Origin: Chiloscyllium plagiosum
Lineage: Eukaryota
Assembly (NCBI RefSeq): GCF_004010195.1
Contig: NC_057734.1
Location: 44,167,606 to 44,231,605, forward strand
Direction of reading: 5' to 3'
DNA: 64,000 nt
The notes beneath the pieces are model-generated. The model was not told where the DNA came from. It ran no database searches and worked only from the letters and a program-made list of their open reading frames with translations. A program made the position numbers and the translations under genes. Positions within the stretch are counted from its first letter, which is position 1. Each line of letters starts with the position of its first letter. Shown here piece after piece: positions 38,601 to 51,353 of this stretch.

Positions 38601-41600
38601 GTGTCGCAAGGTCCATCGAACATAAAAACTACATAAAGTAAACCTAGTACAATTAACAAACATGCGGAGCTATCAAAGATTATGTATAATAAAACCAAAA
38701 AACAAATCAACATACAAAGTGCCAGTGGTGCTGAATAGGGATACTCATCCCCTGCCCAATGGGGGCATCTACACATCCTAGAAGCCAGCTTCCCATCCTG
38801 CTGCCAATAATACAGCCAGGGCCTTTAGATACCTGAACCGCACATAAACTGTCTGTAAGTAGGCATCTAGTCATTCCAACCATTATCCCTCCTCCTAGGT
38901 AGAGCTGCACCGCAAACACAAGCAGTAAAGAAATAAAATACATCATGAAATAAAAATATGAACAAAGAAACTTAGAAGAAACAGGATAAATACCCCAGCC
39001 ATCCTTTGGTATAACTTAGAAATTAAAAGTACCCATCGCAATTGCCCCCAAGCATGCTTTAGACCAGATTATTACCAATAAGAAAAGGAAAAGAAAGCTC
39101 CGACCAGCCTTACTCTTTTTTAAAAAAGAAAAACAGAGACATACCCAAGCAATACTACTATTTGTACATACTAAATTGGTCAGATTAAATTAATTTGTCC
39201 AAAAAGTCTCTTGCCTTCTCCAACGTGTCAAAGAGATGTACAGATCCATATAAGGTGATCCGAAGCACTGCCAGACATCTCAGAGAGTACTGGATCCCAA
39301 GCTCCCTCAGTCTTCTCTTGACACTGTCATAGGATGTTCTTTTCTGGATCATTGCAGTTGAGAAGTGCTGGAAGAACAAGATCTTACAGCCCTCATACTC
39401 TAGAGCTTTTGGATCCTTCTCCTGGATTCTGGAAGCTTCCACAATTCTCTCTTTATCTGTATAGTGATGAAACCGCACCAATATAGGATGAAGATGTTGG
39501 TCCAGAGCTGACCTCTGCGCCATGACCCAGTGAGCATTCTCAATCCTCAAGCTTCTCACTCCAGCTTGCAAGTTAAGTAATTTCAGTAACCAGTCCTCAA
39601 TAGATTCCACCAGCCGCTCACCTTCCTTACCCTCTGGCAGGCTGATGATCGGAGTTATTCTTTACCCTGCCCCTGTTCTAGAAGTAATCAACCTGATCAA
39701 GCGACTTACAGACCTGCATCTCCAGGGCCTGGATCTTATCCTTGGAGGAACGGTATCAGCTTCCACCACTATGGCTCTGTGTTCTACCTCATCCATCCTT
39801 TTCTCCAGGTCTCCCAGCTGCTGTTCATGTTTCTGTAGTAGATAGAGATTGGGGCCAACTTCTCCTGTATCTGCTTACCCAACATCTCGTGAGATTTTGT
39901 GATCTCCTTCACCAGGACCTCAAAAGAAATCAAATCCGAGGATTCTGCAGGCTACGCCCTTTGCACGGTCCCGTGATGTACCTCCTCCCTTCTTTGGCAT
40001 CCCTTGGCAAAAACAAAGGTAAGGTGCACCCCGACAATTTCCTGGGACTCCACGACCGTTCCAGAATCCCAGGGTTATCGCAGTGGTCAGGGTACAGTGG
40101 GCTAGGACTTTGTCCAACTGGCAATGCAGTGCGGAGATCTGCAACGCGATCTTTCTCGATGGCCACCATCTTGGATCGCTCATCTGGTCGTCTTTAACAA
40201 TGGAAGGCAGCACAGTTTCCAATCTTAACGAAAGAACCTCCGACAAGATTTTAAAATCAGAATTTAAAAGTGAAATGGGTATTTAGGAGGCACATTATTT
40301 CATGGTCTTCTCTTTCTTCAGGATAAAATAAATATTAGACTCTCTTAAGGATGGTGGGAAGCGATCATGGCTGTACGACTAATTATACATGTCTAACATC
40401 TGACCTGACAATATATTTATAAATTCTTTGTAACACTCACTAGGAAGACCATCAGGGACAGGCGCCTTCCCACTCTGCGTCTGCTTCATAGCCTCCTGTA
40501 CATCTTGCACTGTTAAAAGGGCATTAAGGAAAAACACCTGTTCAGAGGTAACATCTGGAAGATCCACGTTCTTAAAGATGGATTCCATCTTATCCCATCC
40601 ATCCTCACAATGTTCAGACTGAAATAGTTCCTAACAAAATTTCTGAAATACAACATTGATCTTTTTAAAATCGCAAGTAACAAATCCAGTCCCGTCCGTA
40701 ATTGACGTAATGGATTGGGGGACATTCTTTCTCCGGGCAAGATGTGCTAGATACCTGTCCAGCTTGTCACCATGCTCAAACAGCCTTTGTTTCACAAAAG
40801 AAAATTCCTTCCTTGCTGTCTGCATGAGCATGGAGTTCAAGGTGGACCGACGAGCTGTAACCCGCTGCAGCTTAGCCAGCATTGGCCTATCAAAATATGC
40901 CTTCTCGACTGTTCTGAGCTATGCCTCAAACAGGCGTTGCTGCTCCCGCTTCTGTAGTTTCTGACTGGCAGAATCAGAAATAGCGATCTCCGACATCAGC
41001 CTTAGCAGTCTCCGAAAGAACAGAAGGGTTACTGGCCGTATTCTGGTGGCTAAAAGTACCTTAAATTCATTAAAGAAATATTCGATGCACTTACTGCCTT
41101 TAAAAATAAAGGGATCTATTTACCATTGCAATCTCTAAATGTACTGCAGCATGTTCAGGAATAGTAATATTTCCATTTGTGCAAGTCCCAAGGACAATGC
41201 AGGAGTTACGGAAAGATCAATCCTAACTTGACATTGAGCAGATTAGAAAAAAAACATAAAGCTCTTACCCATTGGGTGGAGACGCCTCCAGACATCCACC
41301 AATCCCAATTCCACACATTATTCCATTAGTTGGCTAGATTGCCAAGAAAGTGTTGAGGGGCCTGTAGGCATTCTATCCAACGCGGGATCATAAGGCAATT
41401 AAGTAAGTTTGCAGATGGCACAAAAATTGGTCGTGTGGTTGTGTATGAGGAAGAAATCCTACGGTACAGAAAGACATTGACAGGTTAGTCAGATATACAA
41501 ATCAGTAGTAGGTGCAGTTTAACCTGAAAAATGACAGGTGATGCAACTTGGAAAAATATATGACAAAGGGAGCACTTAATACATGAGAGAACTCTTGGAA

Positions 41601-43275
41601 TCTCAGAGGAGCAAAAGGACCTTGAGGTGCGTCTCCACAGATCCCTGAAGGCAATAGATCAGAATCATGATATGATTCTGAGGCAGGGATCCAAGATGGC
41701 AGCGCTCTGAAAGTGCTGCTTTGCTGGGCTATACATCTCAGCTCAGGTAAAGTAACACTTTCACACTCCCTACCACAGTTATTTCTGTGAAATTCGGTGT
41801 TTAAAGAGCTATAGACCGTAGACAATTTTTATTTTACAAAGTCGGTTCTATAATAATCCACCACAACTCAAGAGCCATCAATTTGGAGAATGAATCGATC
41901 AAAAAATTAAGGGGATGCACCAGGGGATAATAAACAATGAATGTACATGTACCATACTCTTCTTCATGTATTGAGGCTTTAAGAATGACGAACCGCCTGT
42001 ACTCATTTTTAATCTGATCTCGCAACTTAAATGGAAGATTCTTCCTAATAAGTATGGCCACTTCTCTACTCTTAGTGTTGAAAGAGGAGAAATACTCCCG
42101 ATCAAACCTACCTTGCTGCAATTTCAGATGTTCCTTACCATCAAGGTGAGTCTCCTGCAAAAGCGTAATGTCCACTAAGACTAGAAAGCACCTTTTTCCT
42201 CTTAACTGGCGAATGGCTTCATCTTATCTTCCAGGTAAACCATTTGAGGGCACAATTAGCCATTACTCTCGATAACAACATTTGAACTCCAAAAAGGATG
42301 AATTCGACTTACCAATTGCTGAAAACAAAAAAAGTCTCATGAAGCCTAAAAATTACAGAAACGAAAACTAACATACCAGTAACTACATATACAAAAAAAC
42401 CAACAAACGAAACCAACTATAAAGCACTTAGTAAGGGGCCCTATCCCCTGCCCACAGGAGCACTCACATATCCCTAAAACATTTTCATAACTCGTCCAGC
42501 TTGAGTCGCATCCCAGACCCAAGCCAAAAAAGAAAGGAAAAAAATTCACATAGAAATTAAACATAGGCACTCTACACATCCCGAAATAAACATCAACAAT
42601 CATTGATATCAGGAAAAAAATCAGCAATACTTTCTTAAAGAAAAGGAAAGAGAGGAAATTAAAAAAAGAGACGCTATTGTCTGCATCCTTTAAGTCATCC
42701 AGTCTATTTTCTGAAGAGTCAAATGAGTGCCCATAGTAAGTGAAACAAAATAAGGACAACTCAATGAATACTCGATACCAAGGTCTCTCAGTCTTCTCTT
42801 GGCTTCATCAAAGGACTTCCTTTTACGAATCATAGCCGCAGAAAAGTCCTGGTAGAACATTCTCCTGGAATCTTCATGGGTTAAGGCCTGTGGATGCTTC
42901 CCCTTCATTCTGGAAGCCTCCATAACGGTAACTTCTGCTCAATCGAAGACTCAAACATTTCTTATAGTTTTACAAACTCTGCAGCCAGGGCTTGATAGGT
43001 AAGTGACTCTGTCAGACCAGCGGAGGGGGCTGCAGCTGCTGCCGCGGGTACGTCCGATGTCTCAGGTGAGTGTCCCATGTGTTGGGACTTATTTGTCATA
43101 TTTCTTTAATAGAACAAACCTTGTAAACAATTTGTATAGGGTCTATAGCTCTTCAAACGCCAAATTTCACAAAAATAATTGAGGTAGGGAGGGTGAAAGT
43201 GCTACTTTGTCTGAGCTGAGATGCGGAGCTCAGCAAAGCAGCACTCTCAGAGCGCTGCCATCTTGGATCCCTGCC
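32690..43275 (-). mobile_element. Island of several nested, decayed L1-clade LINEs
   Basis: Two ORF2 3' ends with A-rich UTRs (32690-35000, 35000-36830). APE endonuclease start MANDLIKWCTWNIKG (~38535). ORF1 remnants (39185-39990, 42690-43100). LLQETHL motif (~42150). 5' ends with CAAGATGG. Confidence 0.85.
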
Positions 43276-43560
43276 TCATGGATCATACCATGATTCTGAA
43301 CTATTGCCTTCAGGAATCTGTGGAGATGCAGCCCAAGGTCCTTTTGCTCCTCTGAGATTCCAAACAGTCTCTCATTCATGAAGTGCTCCCTTGTCTTATA
43401 TTATTGCAAATTGCATCACCTGTCATTTTTCAGGTTAAACTGCACCTACTACTGATCTGTGCATCTGACTAACCTGTCAACGTCTTTTTGTACCGTAGGA
43501 TCTTCTTCCTCATAGAAAACCACATGACCAATTTTTGTGCGTTCTGCAAACTTACTTAAT
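41398..43560. repeat. Diverged ~450-bp inverted duplication (41398-41850 vs 43110-43560)
   Basis: Both arms contain the same CR1/L2-fragment-to-L1-5'-end junction (GAGGCAGGGATCCAAGATGGCAGCGCTCTGA). Confidence 0.85.
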
Positions 43561-43599
43561 ATCCTGACCCTCCACATTGTCTACAATGGAAATCATGAG

Positions 43600-46378
43600 G
43601 GTAAGAAAGCTAGCATAACGACACTTTACTTGAATACTCCGAGCATTTTTAACCAGATCGATGAGATAATGGCACAAATCATTGCGAATGAAGATTATTT
43701 AGTAGCCATTACAGAAACATGGTTACAGGATGGTCATGACTGGGAGTTAACGATCCAGAGGTATTAGACTATTCAGAAGGACAGACGGAAAGGTAAGGGA
43801 GGTGATGTAGCTTTGATATTCAAGGACACCATCAGGTCAGTGCTGAGAGAAGATATAGGTTCTTTGGAGAATAAGGTTGAATCCATTTGGGTGGAAATTA
43901 GAAATCCTAAGAAGGAAATGTCACTGATAGGCGTAGTCTTATACGTCACCAAATAATAGCATCACATTGGGACGAGCAATAAAGTAGAAATAACTAATGC
44001 CTGTAAAAATGGTATGACAATTATCATGGGGGATTTTACTCTACAGTATTTACTTTAGCAATTCTTTTTCAAAGTAGCCTTGAGGAGGAGTTCGTTGAGT
44101 GTATCCATGATAGTTTTCTTGTACAGTATGTAATGGAATCGTCGAGGGTGCAAGCTGTCCTAGCTCTGGTCCTGCGTAATGAGACAGGAATAATTAATGA
44201 CTTCATAGTTAGTGATCCTCTTGGAAGGAGCAATCACAGTATGGTTGAATTTAGAAAACAGGTGGAGAGTGAGAAGATAAAATCCAATACCAGAATCCTA
44301 TGCGTAAACAAGGGAGACTATAATAGAATGAGGGAGGTCTTGGCTTTGGTAGACTGGAACCAAAGACTTTGTGGTGGGACAGTTGACGAGCAAGGGAAGA
44401 CTGTCAAAGCAATTTTTCAAAGCTCTCAGCAAAAGTACATTCCAGTAAAAAGGAAGGACTGTCAGAAAAGGGGTAACCTGCCTTGGGTATCTAAGGAAAT
44501 AAGGGAGGCTATCAAATTGAAAGAGAAGGCATACAAAGTGGCCAAAAACTGCAGGAATCTAGAAGATTGGGAAAACTTTGAAGGTCAACAGAAAACCACA
44601 AAAAGAGCTATATAGAAAAGTAAGATAGAACATGAGAAAAAAAAAACTACCACAGAATATAAACACAGATAGAAACAGTTTCTATAAATATGTAAAATGA
44701 AAAAGAATTACTAAAGTAAATATTGTTTTTTTAGAGGATGAGAAGGGGCATTTAGTTATGGGATATGATGAAATAGCTGACGTATTGAACAGGTATTTTG
44801 TGCGTGTCTTCATAGTGGCAGATGCTAATAACATGCCAGTAATTGACAAAGAGATGAAGGTAGGTGATGACCTGGAAACAATCATCATTATGGAATAGGT
44901 AGTGTTGGGCAAGCTAATGGAGATAAGAATGGACAAGTTTCCTGGCCTTGATGGAGAGTGTCTCAGAGTACTAATAGAGATGCACTAGTGGTAATTTTCC
45001 AAACTTCGCTGGATTCTGGGGCAGTCCAGCAGATTGGAAAGCAGCAGATGTGACACCACTATGTAAAAAGGGAGGAAGACTAAAGGTGGGAATTATAGAC
45101 CAGTTAGCTTAACTTCTGTTGTGGGGAAGATGCTTGAGTCTATTATCAAGGAATAGATCTAGATAGCAAGACATCTAGATAGAAATTCGACTGTTGGGCA
45201 GACGTAGCATGGGTTCATGAAGGTTAATTCATGCTTTAAAAATCTTTTGGAATTCTACAAAGACAATGCAAGCATGGTGGACAATGGGGATCCAATGAAT
45301 GTGGTGAACAGAGATTTCCAAAAGACCTTCAACACAGAGATTTCCAAAAGGCCTTCAACAAGGTGCCACACAAGGGTCTGCTGCATAAGATAAAGATGCA
45401 CGGCGTTATGAGTAAAATATTAGCATGGATAGAGGATTGGTTGACAAGCAGGAAGCAAAGAGTGGGGATAAATGAGTGCTATTCTGGTTGGCAATCAGTA
45501 ACTAGTGGAGTGCCTCGGGGATCAGTGATGGGACAGCAAGTATTCACAATTAATATAGCTGATTTGGAGTGCAAAGTGTCAAAGTTTGCAGAATACATTA
45601 AGGAAGTGTGCAGAGGACTGTGAAACTTTGCAGAGGAACATAGATCTTTTAAGTGAGTGGCAATGTGTCTGACAAATGGAATACGATGTTAATAAATGTG
45701 AAGTAATCCATTTTGGCAAGAGTAACAGTGAAAAGGGTTCTTACTTGATTGGTAAAAAGATGCAGCATGCTGCTATAGCGGGAACTAGGTATCATTGTGC
45801 ATGAATCACAGTGTTGGTCTGCAGACACAACAAGTAATTAACAAGGCAAATGGATTTTTGTCCTTCATGGCTAAAGGGATTAAATTTGAAAGCAGGGAAG
45901 TTATGTTGCTGCTATGATGATGAGGCTACGCCTAGAGTAATGCATGCAGTTTTGGTCTCCTTACTTGAGAATAGATATATTGGCATGAGAGAGGGTGCAA
46001 AGGAGGTTCACTAGGTTGATTCCGGAGTTGGCTGCGTTGGTTTATGAGGATAGACTGAGCAGACAGGGATCACATTCATTGGAATTCAGAAGAATGAGAG
46101 GGGAACCCTATAGAAACACACAATACCCAGAGAGTTGTAAGCTATGGAATTCTTTACCCACTGAAGTAGTTGATGCTACTTTAGCAAACATTTTTAAAGC
46201 TAAGATAGATTTTATGAACAATCAAGGAATTAAGGGATATGGTGAGAGAGTGGGTAATTGGTGCTGATTCCACGAAAAAATCAGCCATGATCTTATTGAA
46301 TGACAGAGCAGACTGGAAAGACCAAATTGCCTACACTTGCCAAATTGCCAAATTGTTCCTAGTTCTTATGTTCTTATG
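43600..46378 (+). mobile_element. Near full-length decayed CR1 ORF2 (endonuclease + RT) with TTCTTATG tail
   Basis: VAITETWL, DPLGRSNH, NYRPVSLTSVVGK and KAFNKVPH-like motifs, with many stops and frameshifts. Confidence 0.88.
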
Positions 46379-46379
46379 G

Positions 46380-46612
46380 TGGGCGGCATGGTGGCACAGT
46401 GGTTAGCACTGCTGCCTCACAGCGCCAGAGACCCGGGTTCAATTCCCGCCTCAGGCGACTGATTGTGTGGAGTTTGCACGTTCTCCCCGTGTCTGCGTGG
46501 GTTTCCTCCGGGTGCTCCGGTTTCCTCCCACAGTCCAAAGATGTGCAGGTCAGGTGAATTGGCCATGCTAAATTGCCCTTAGTGTTAGGTAAGGGGTAAA
46601 TGTAGGGGTATG
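46380..46612 (+). mobile_element. HE1-type V-SINE
   Basis: GGGCGGCATGGTGGCACAGTGGTTAGCACTGCTGCCTCACAGC..GGTTCAATTCC plus V-domain. Confidence 0.88.
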
Positions 46613-47879
46613 GTAAAGTCCATGGTAAATGATGGACTTTGAATTTCAATGCAGATCTAGAATTAAGAGTCTCATGATAGCTCATGTCAAGGTAATTATC
46701 CGTTGGGTTCAGTGAGACCCTTTAGGGAAGGAAACTGATGTCCTTACCCAGTCTGGTCTACATTCAACTGCAGGCTTACAGCAATGTAGTAGATAGTTAA
46801 TTATAAACACTGTCCAGTGAAATCCACATCATGTGAATGAATTTTTAAAAATAGCCTTCTATCACCACCCACTGTCTCTTCGCACAAAGGTCAACCCATC
46901 TTGTGAAGTATGCCTGGATCCTATGTGGGATCTTGTCAAAGGCTCTGTTGGAAGTTTAGAAATTTATGCTTTCCAAAGTTACTGGACTTGAAACAGTCTT
47001 CAGCAGTGACTCCTCAACAAGCAGTCAACTGCCGACTCATCAACTCACAGAGCCAGTGATCATACTCTTACAATCTGTGATTAGAATTGCATTTTTCAAA
47101 AATACATAACTTCATATTTTTGCAACCGATTTAAACGATTTTCAAATGTATTGCAATCACCTGGAAGAAAGATGATCTCATACTAACAGAGCTCATATTG
47201 CTCTACTTGCTTAGAAATTTTGATATTTTTTCATAGGATATGAATCTCATTAGCAAGACCAGCCTTTGTTATCCCTCCCTCATTGCCCTTGAGTTGAGTG
47301 GCTGTCTTAGCCTTTTCAAAGCACATGTAACAGTCAACCACATTGCTGTGAGTCTGAATCATATGTTGGCTCAACCAGGTATGGACGGCAGATCTCCACC
47401 ACTGGGGGCATTGCGCTACCTGTAACATTTTAAGTTTTTACAGCTTTTTTTTTAAAAAATGTCAATCTTGTCTTTTTCAGCACCAAACTCTTCGACTCTG
47501 ATCTCCAGCAACTGCTGTCCTCCCTTTCTCCTAGCAGACTGCAGTGCCCAGTGTTGACTGTTTATCTTGTGTTTTCATTGGACATTACAGCTAGAGAGCA
47601 CCAGTGAACCTAATGTTCATTACTCATCTCCTTAAATGGAATGGCTTGTGTGGCCATTTCATAGACAGACGCGAGTCAACTGCATTACTGTGGATCTTCA
47701 TTCACACGTAAGCCAGACTGGGTAAGGATAGGTGATTCACCTCCCTAAAGGCCATTAGTGAGACAGATGAGAGTTAATGATAGAAAAATGACTGTGTCCA
47801 CCATCAGCAATGTTGAGACTGGCATTCAAACTCAGATTTTTAAATTGAAATCAAATTCCATCAGTTACTTTTTGATTAG

Positions 47880-48862
47880 TCATAGAGTCATAGAGATGTA
47901 CAGCATGGAAACAGACCCTTTGGTCTAACCTGTCCATCCCGATCAGATATCCCAAACCAATCTAGTCCCACCCGCCAGCGCCCCGTCCATATCCCTCCAA
48001 ACACTTCCTACTCATATACCCATCGAAATGCCTATTAAACGTTGCAATTGTACCAGCCTCCACCACTTCCTCTGGCAGCTCATTCCATACACGTACTACC
48101 CTCTGTGTGAAAACGTTGCCCCTTAGGTATCTTTTATATCTTTGCCCTCTCACCTAAACCTATGTCCTCTAGTTCTGGACTCCCCAGCCCCAGGAAAAGG
48201 CTTTGTCTACTTATCCTATCCATGCCCCTTATAATTTTGTAAATCTCTGTAAGGTCACCCCTCAGCCTCTGATGCTCCACAGAAAACAGCCCCAGCCTGT
48301 TCAGCCTCTCCCCATAGCTCAAATCCTCCAACCCTAACAACATCCTTGTAAATCTTTTCTGAACCCTTTCAAGTTTCACAACATCTTTCCGATAGGAAAA
48401 AGACCAGAATTGCACGCAATACTCCAACAGTGGCCTGACCAATGTCCTGTACAGCCGCAACATGACCTCCCAACTCCTGTACTCAATACTCTGACCAATA
48501 ACGGAAAGCATACCAAACGCCTTCTTCACTATCCTGTCTATCTGTGACTTCACTTTCAAGGAGCTATGAACCTGCACTCCAAGTCTCTTTGTTCAGCAAC
48601 ACTCCCGAGGACTCTGCCTGAACTGCTGTGTTCTTCCAGCACCACTAATCCAGAATCTGGTTTCCAGCATCTGCAGTCATTATTTTTACCTTACCATTAA
48701 GTGTATAAGTCCTGCTAAGATTTGCTTTCCCAAAATGCAGCACCTCACATTTACCTGAATTAAACTCCATCTGGCACTTCTCAGACCATTAGCCCATCTG
48801 ATCGAGATCCTGTTGTAACCTGAGGTAATCTTCTTCGCTATCCACAACACCTCCAATTTTGT
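47880..48862 (-). mobile_element. CR1 LINE 3' fragment with a nested Penelope terminal fragment (~48612-48690)
   Basis: LYRTLVRPLLEYCVQFWS..LERVQKRFTRML (ORF 48134-48577) and an (ATGACTCT)n tail. Confidence 0.88.
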
Positions 48863-49239
48863 TTGATGTGAATTAATTCCACGTCCTCCGAATGTTAGAC
48901 TAGGCCTTAGATTTATTAATTCCGTGACCATATCTCTAAATTGCCATCTCCAAAATCTCTTACTTTGTCATTTTTACCATTTGGACAGTGTTGGCCAACC
49001 TTCCTTTGGGCTGTCTCAGTTAGTATTATAGACTCAGAGAGTCATAAAACACAGAAACAGATTCTTCGGTCCAGCACATCCATGCCAACAAATTTCCAAA
49101 CTAAACTCGTTCCATTTGCCTGCATTTGGCCCATATCTTCTTTGTTCTCTTATGTCTGAGTGCTACCCATCGGCAAACACAAAGGATGCCAACTATTGAC
49201 TAGCACTAGGAAGGTTATGTGCTGTTGTAAACATGTTAT

Positions 49240-49530
49240 TAATCCAAAGACTCAAATAATGTTCTGCACCCCAACGGCAGTTGGTGGAATTTGATCTCAA
49301 CATTAATCTGGAATTAAGAGCCTAATGATGACCAAGGAACCATTGTCAGTTGCTTGAAAGCTCAGCCAAGTTCACTAATTTTGTTTAGGGAAGGAAGTTG
49401 CCATCCTAACCTGGAATAGCCTCCATGTGATTTCAGACTCTCTGCAATGTGGCTGACCTTTAACTAGCCTCTGGCTTATGAGGGGTGGGGAATAAATGCT
49501 GGCCTAGCTAGTGATACACATGTCCAATGA
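49240..49530 (+). mobile_element. Deu-domain SINE (SacSINE1/AmnSINE-like); other copies at ~3840-4070, 6770-7070, 46640-46840, 47620-47865
   Basis: Core GTTCACTAA..TTTAGGGAAGGAA..GCCATCCT.ACCTGG..CATGTGA.T.CAGAC..GCAATGTGG.TGAC. Confidence 0.65.
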
Positions 49531-50802
49531 CTAAAACAAGATTCCTGATCTTCCAGAGGCCTTCCAAGGTTAATGGATAAAACAGTCCATGTTCACCACT
49601 GGAAATGTGATTTCAATTTGATATGTTCCATTTAAAGTTTTGTGTTTGACACAATAACATGAGATGCCTCTTTCAAATGGGTCATTTTACTGGCAGCTTT
49701 TATTGCACTTTCTTTTGTCTTTTTTCATTTCTTTTATCAACACAGAGATCACTAATGTTAACATTTCTGTCAGTGTAGTCTAAACATGATTCTAAACAAG
49801 TTGAGCGGAACCTCCTTGCAGTTGAATGTCATCCCTTTAAGAAAGTCTGTGTATGGGCACTGCATTGGGTTAAAATGTTACTTCGTGCTTTAACCAATAC
49901 TGGGTTTCAAAAAGAGGCAAGATCATGCCAGTGGGGCTGATAATGAACTGCTTGGGATCAACACTCCGAAAGGTGATGATGTTGGTTTGCTGACACTGGT
50001 GGAAAATTCAACACGCTTGGAAAATTCACTTGGTCTCTAACAAGAAACTGTGATGTATTTAAAATATCCTTTTCTGCCCCGCCTCAATTATTTCTTTAAT
50101 TAGCAAGGCAATCAAAAAGGGATTGCCATTTTGCGATTGGAGAGTGTAAAGAAATGACCGACATTATATAGCGCAGTTCACAGCTTTGGAACGTGGCCAG
50201 GTTTCACCACCAATAAAATACTTTTTAAACTGTGGTCTCAACTCCATATTGTCACTCCATTCATTGCCTGTTAATCTATCTAGCTCAGTCTTAGAGCATT
50301 CAGTGATCCAGCCTAACAGTGCTCTCTGGAGAAGAGAATTCCAAAGAATCTGAGAGAAAAACAATCCTCATTTTCGGCTAAAGTAGATGACTTCGTATTT
50401 TTACATTCTGTCTCCTTCTTCAGGTCCCCCTCAAAATAGCACCTCACCACTTCTGTTAACTTTTCTTATTGTGTTGCCCACCTCCTTCCTGACCGACTTT
50501 TTTTAAAAATCTAGAAGTCAATGTTTAAATATTTGATTTTTTTTCTCTGCATTTTTCATAACTGTCTAGCAGACGGATTCCCTCGCAGGAAGGGGATAAG
50601 GATGCACAGGAAAATATCACAAATCCAACAAACTCCTGCTAATCTATAAGCTAATAGAAAGTAGCATCTATTGGAGGTACACACTGGAGTCAGTCGGTAT
50701 CTGCTTGTCAGTCTCATTTTCTGACACGTTCACTGTGAATCCTTTATGGTGAATTTGGCCTTCATGTTGCAAGATATAAAATATTTTGCGTACTCATAAT
50801 AT

Positions 50803-50808
50803 TTTATT
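50803..50808 (-). terminator. Polyadenylation signal of cluster B
   Basis: AATAAA on the - strand ~217 nt after the C stop codon, with an adjacent ATTAAA at 50810-50815. Confidence 0.65.
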
Positions 50809-51024
50809 ATTTAATCGGTTCTAAGAATAAGAAGTTAAAACAGTACACGCAAATGCAATGGCATTATTTTGCTTAAAGATATGAAGGTCAAGCACCCTTA
50901 CTTTTCAAAAAGTGATCAACATTGTAAAATTGGATGGGATTCAAATTAAGAAACAGGGGCAAATTATTTTTAACAGGTAATACAGAAAATACGTTTTTAA
51001 CAATAAAGCATTTTAACATCTTCA

Positions 51025-51353
51025 TCAAATGCAGCTTGATTTCCTGATGCTTTGCTCAAGTGTGGAGCTGAGGGTCTGGTGTTGCACCCCGCAGGAGTAA
51101 AGCTCGTGTGAGGTCCACTCAGAAGCTGACAGGGTGAGGTAACTGCTTACACTGTACGTCTGGTCAGAGTCCTGTAGGGTTGAGCTCGTCTGGATGCCGG
51201 TCTGCCTGACTTTGCCGTCCACACTCCACACCAACGTCACCGACTCCGGGTAGAAATGACTGACCATACACACCAGCGTCGCCTCGTTGGCTCCTGCAAT
51301 CTGCTGTTCTGACGGGGGGAGGAGCAACACTGTGGGCTTGTTTGGCTGACGAC
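51025..51353 (-). CDS. IGLC: Ig light chain cluster B, constant exon (C1-set, lambda-like)
   Basis: Acceptor TTTCTAG|GT in phase 1, matching the J donor. RQPNKPTVLLLPPS..ATLVCMVSHFYP..W..YSVSSYLTLSASEW..YSCGVQH..KSSCI*, with the penultimate Cys for heavy-chain pairing. Confidence 0.96.

Noticed and set aside
46380-46455. tRNA-like sequence with A and B boxes (also ~8190-8263, 59830-59903, 60515-60585)
   Set aside because: These are heads of tRNA-derived HE1 SINEs, continuous with the SINE body, not tRNA genes.
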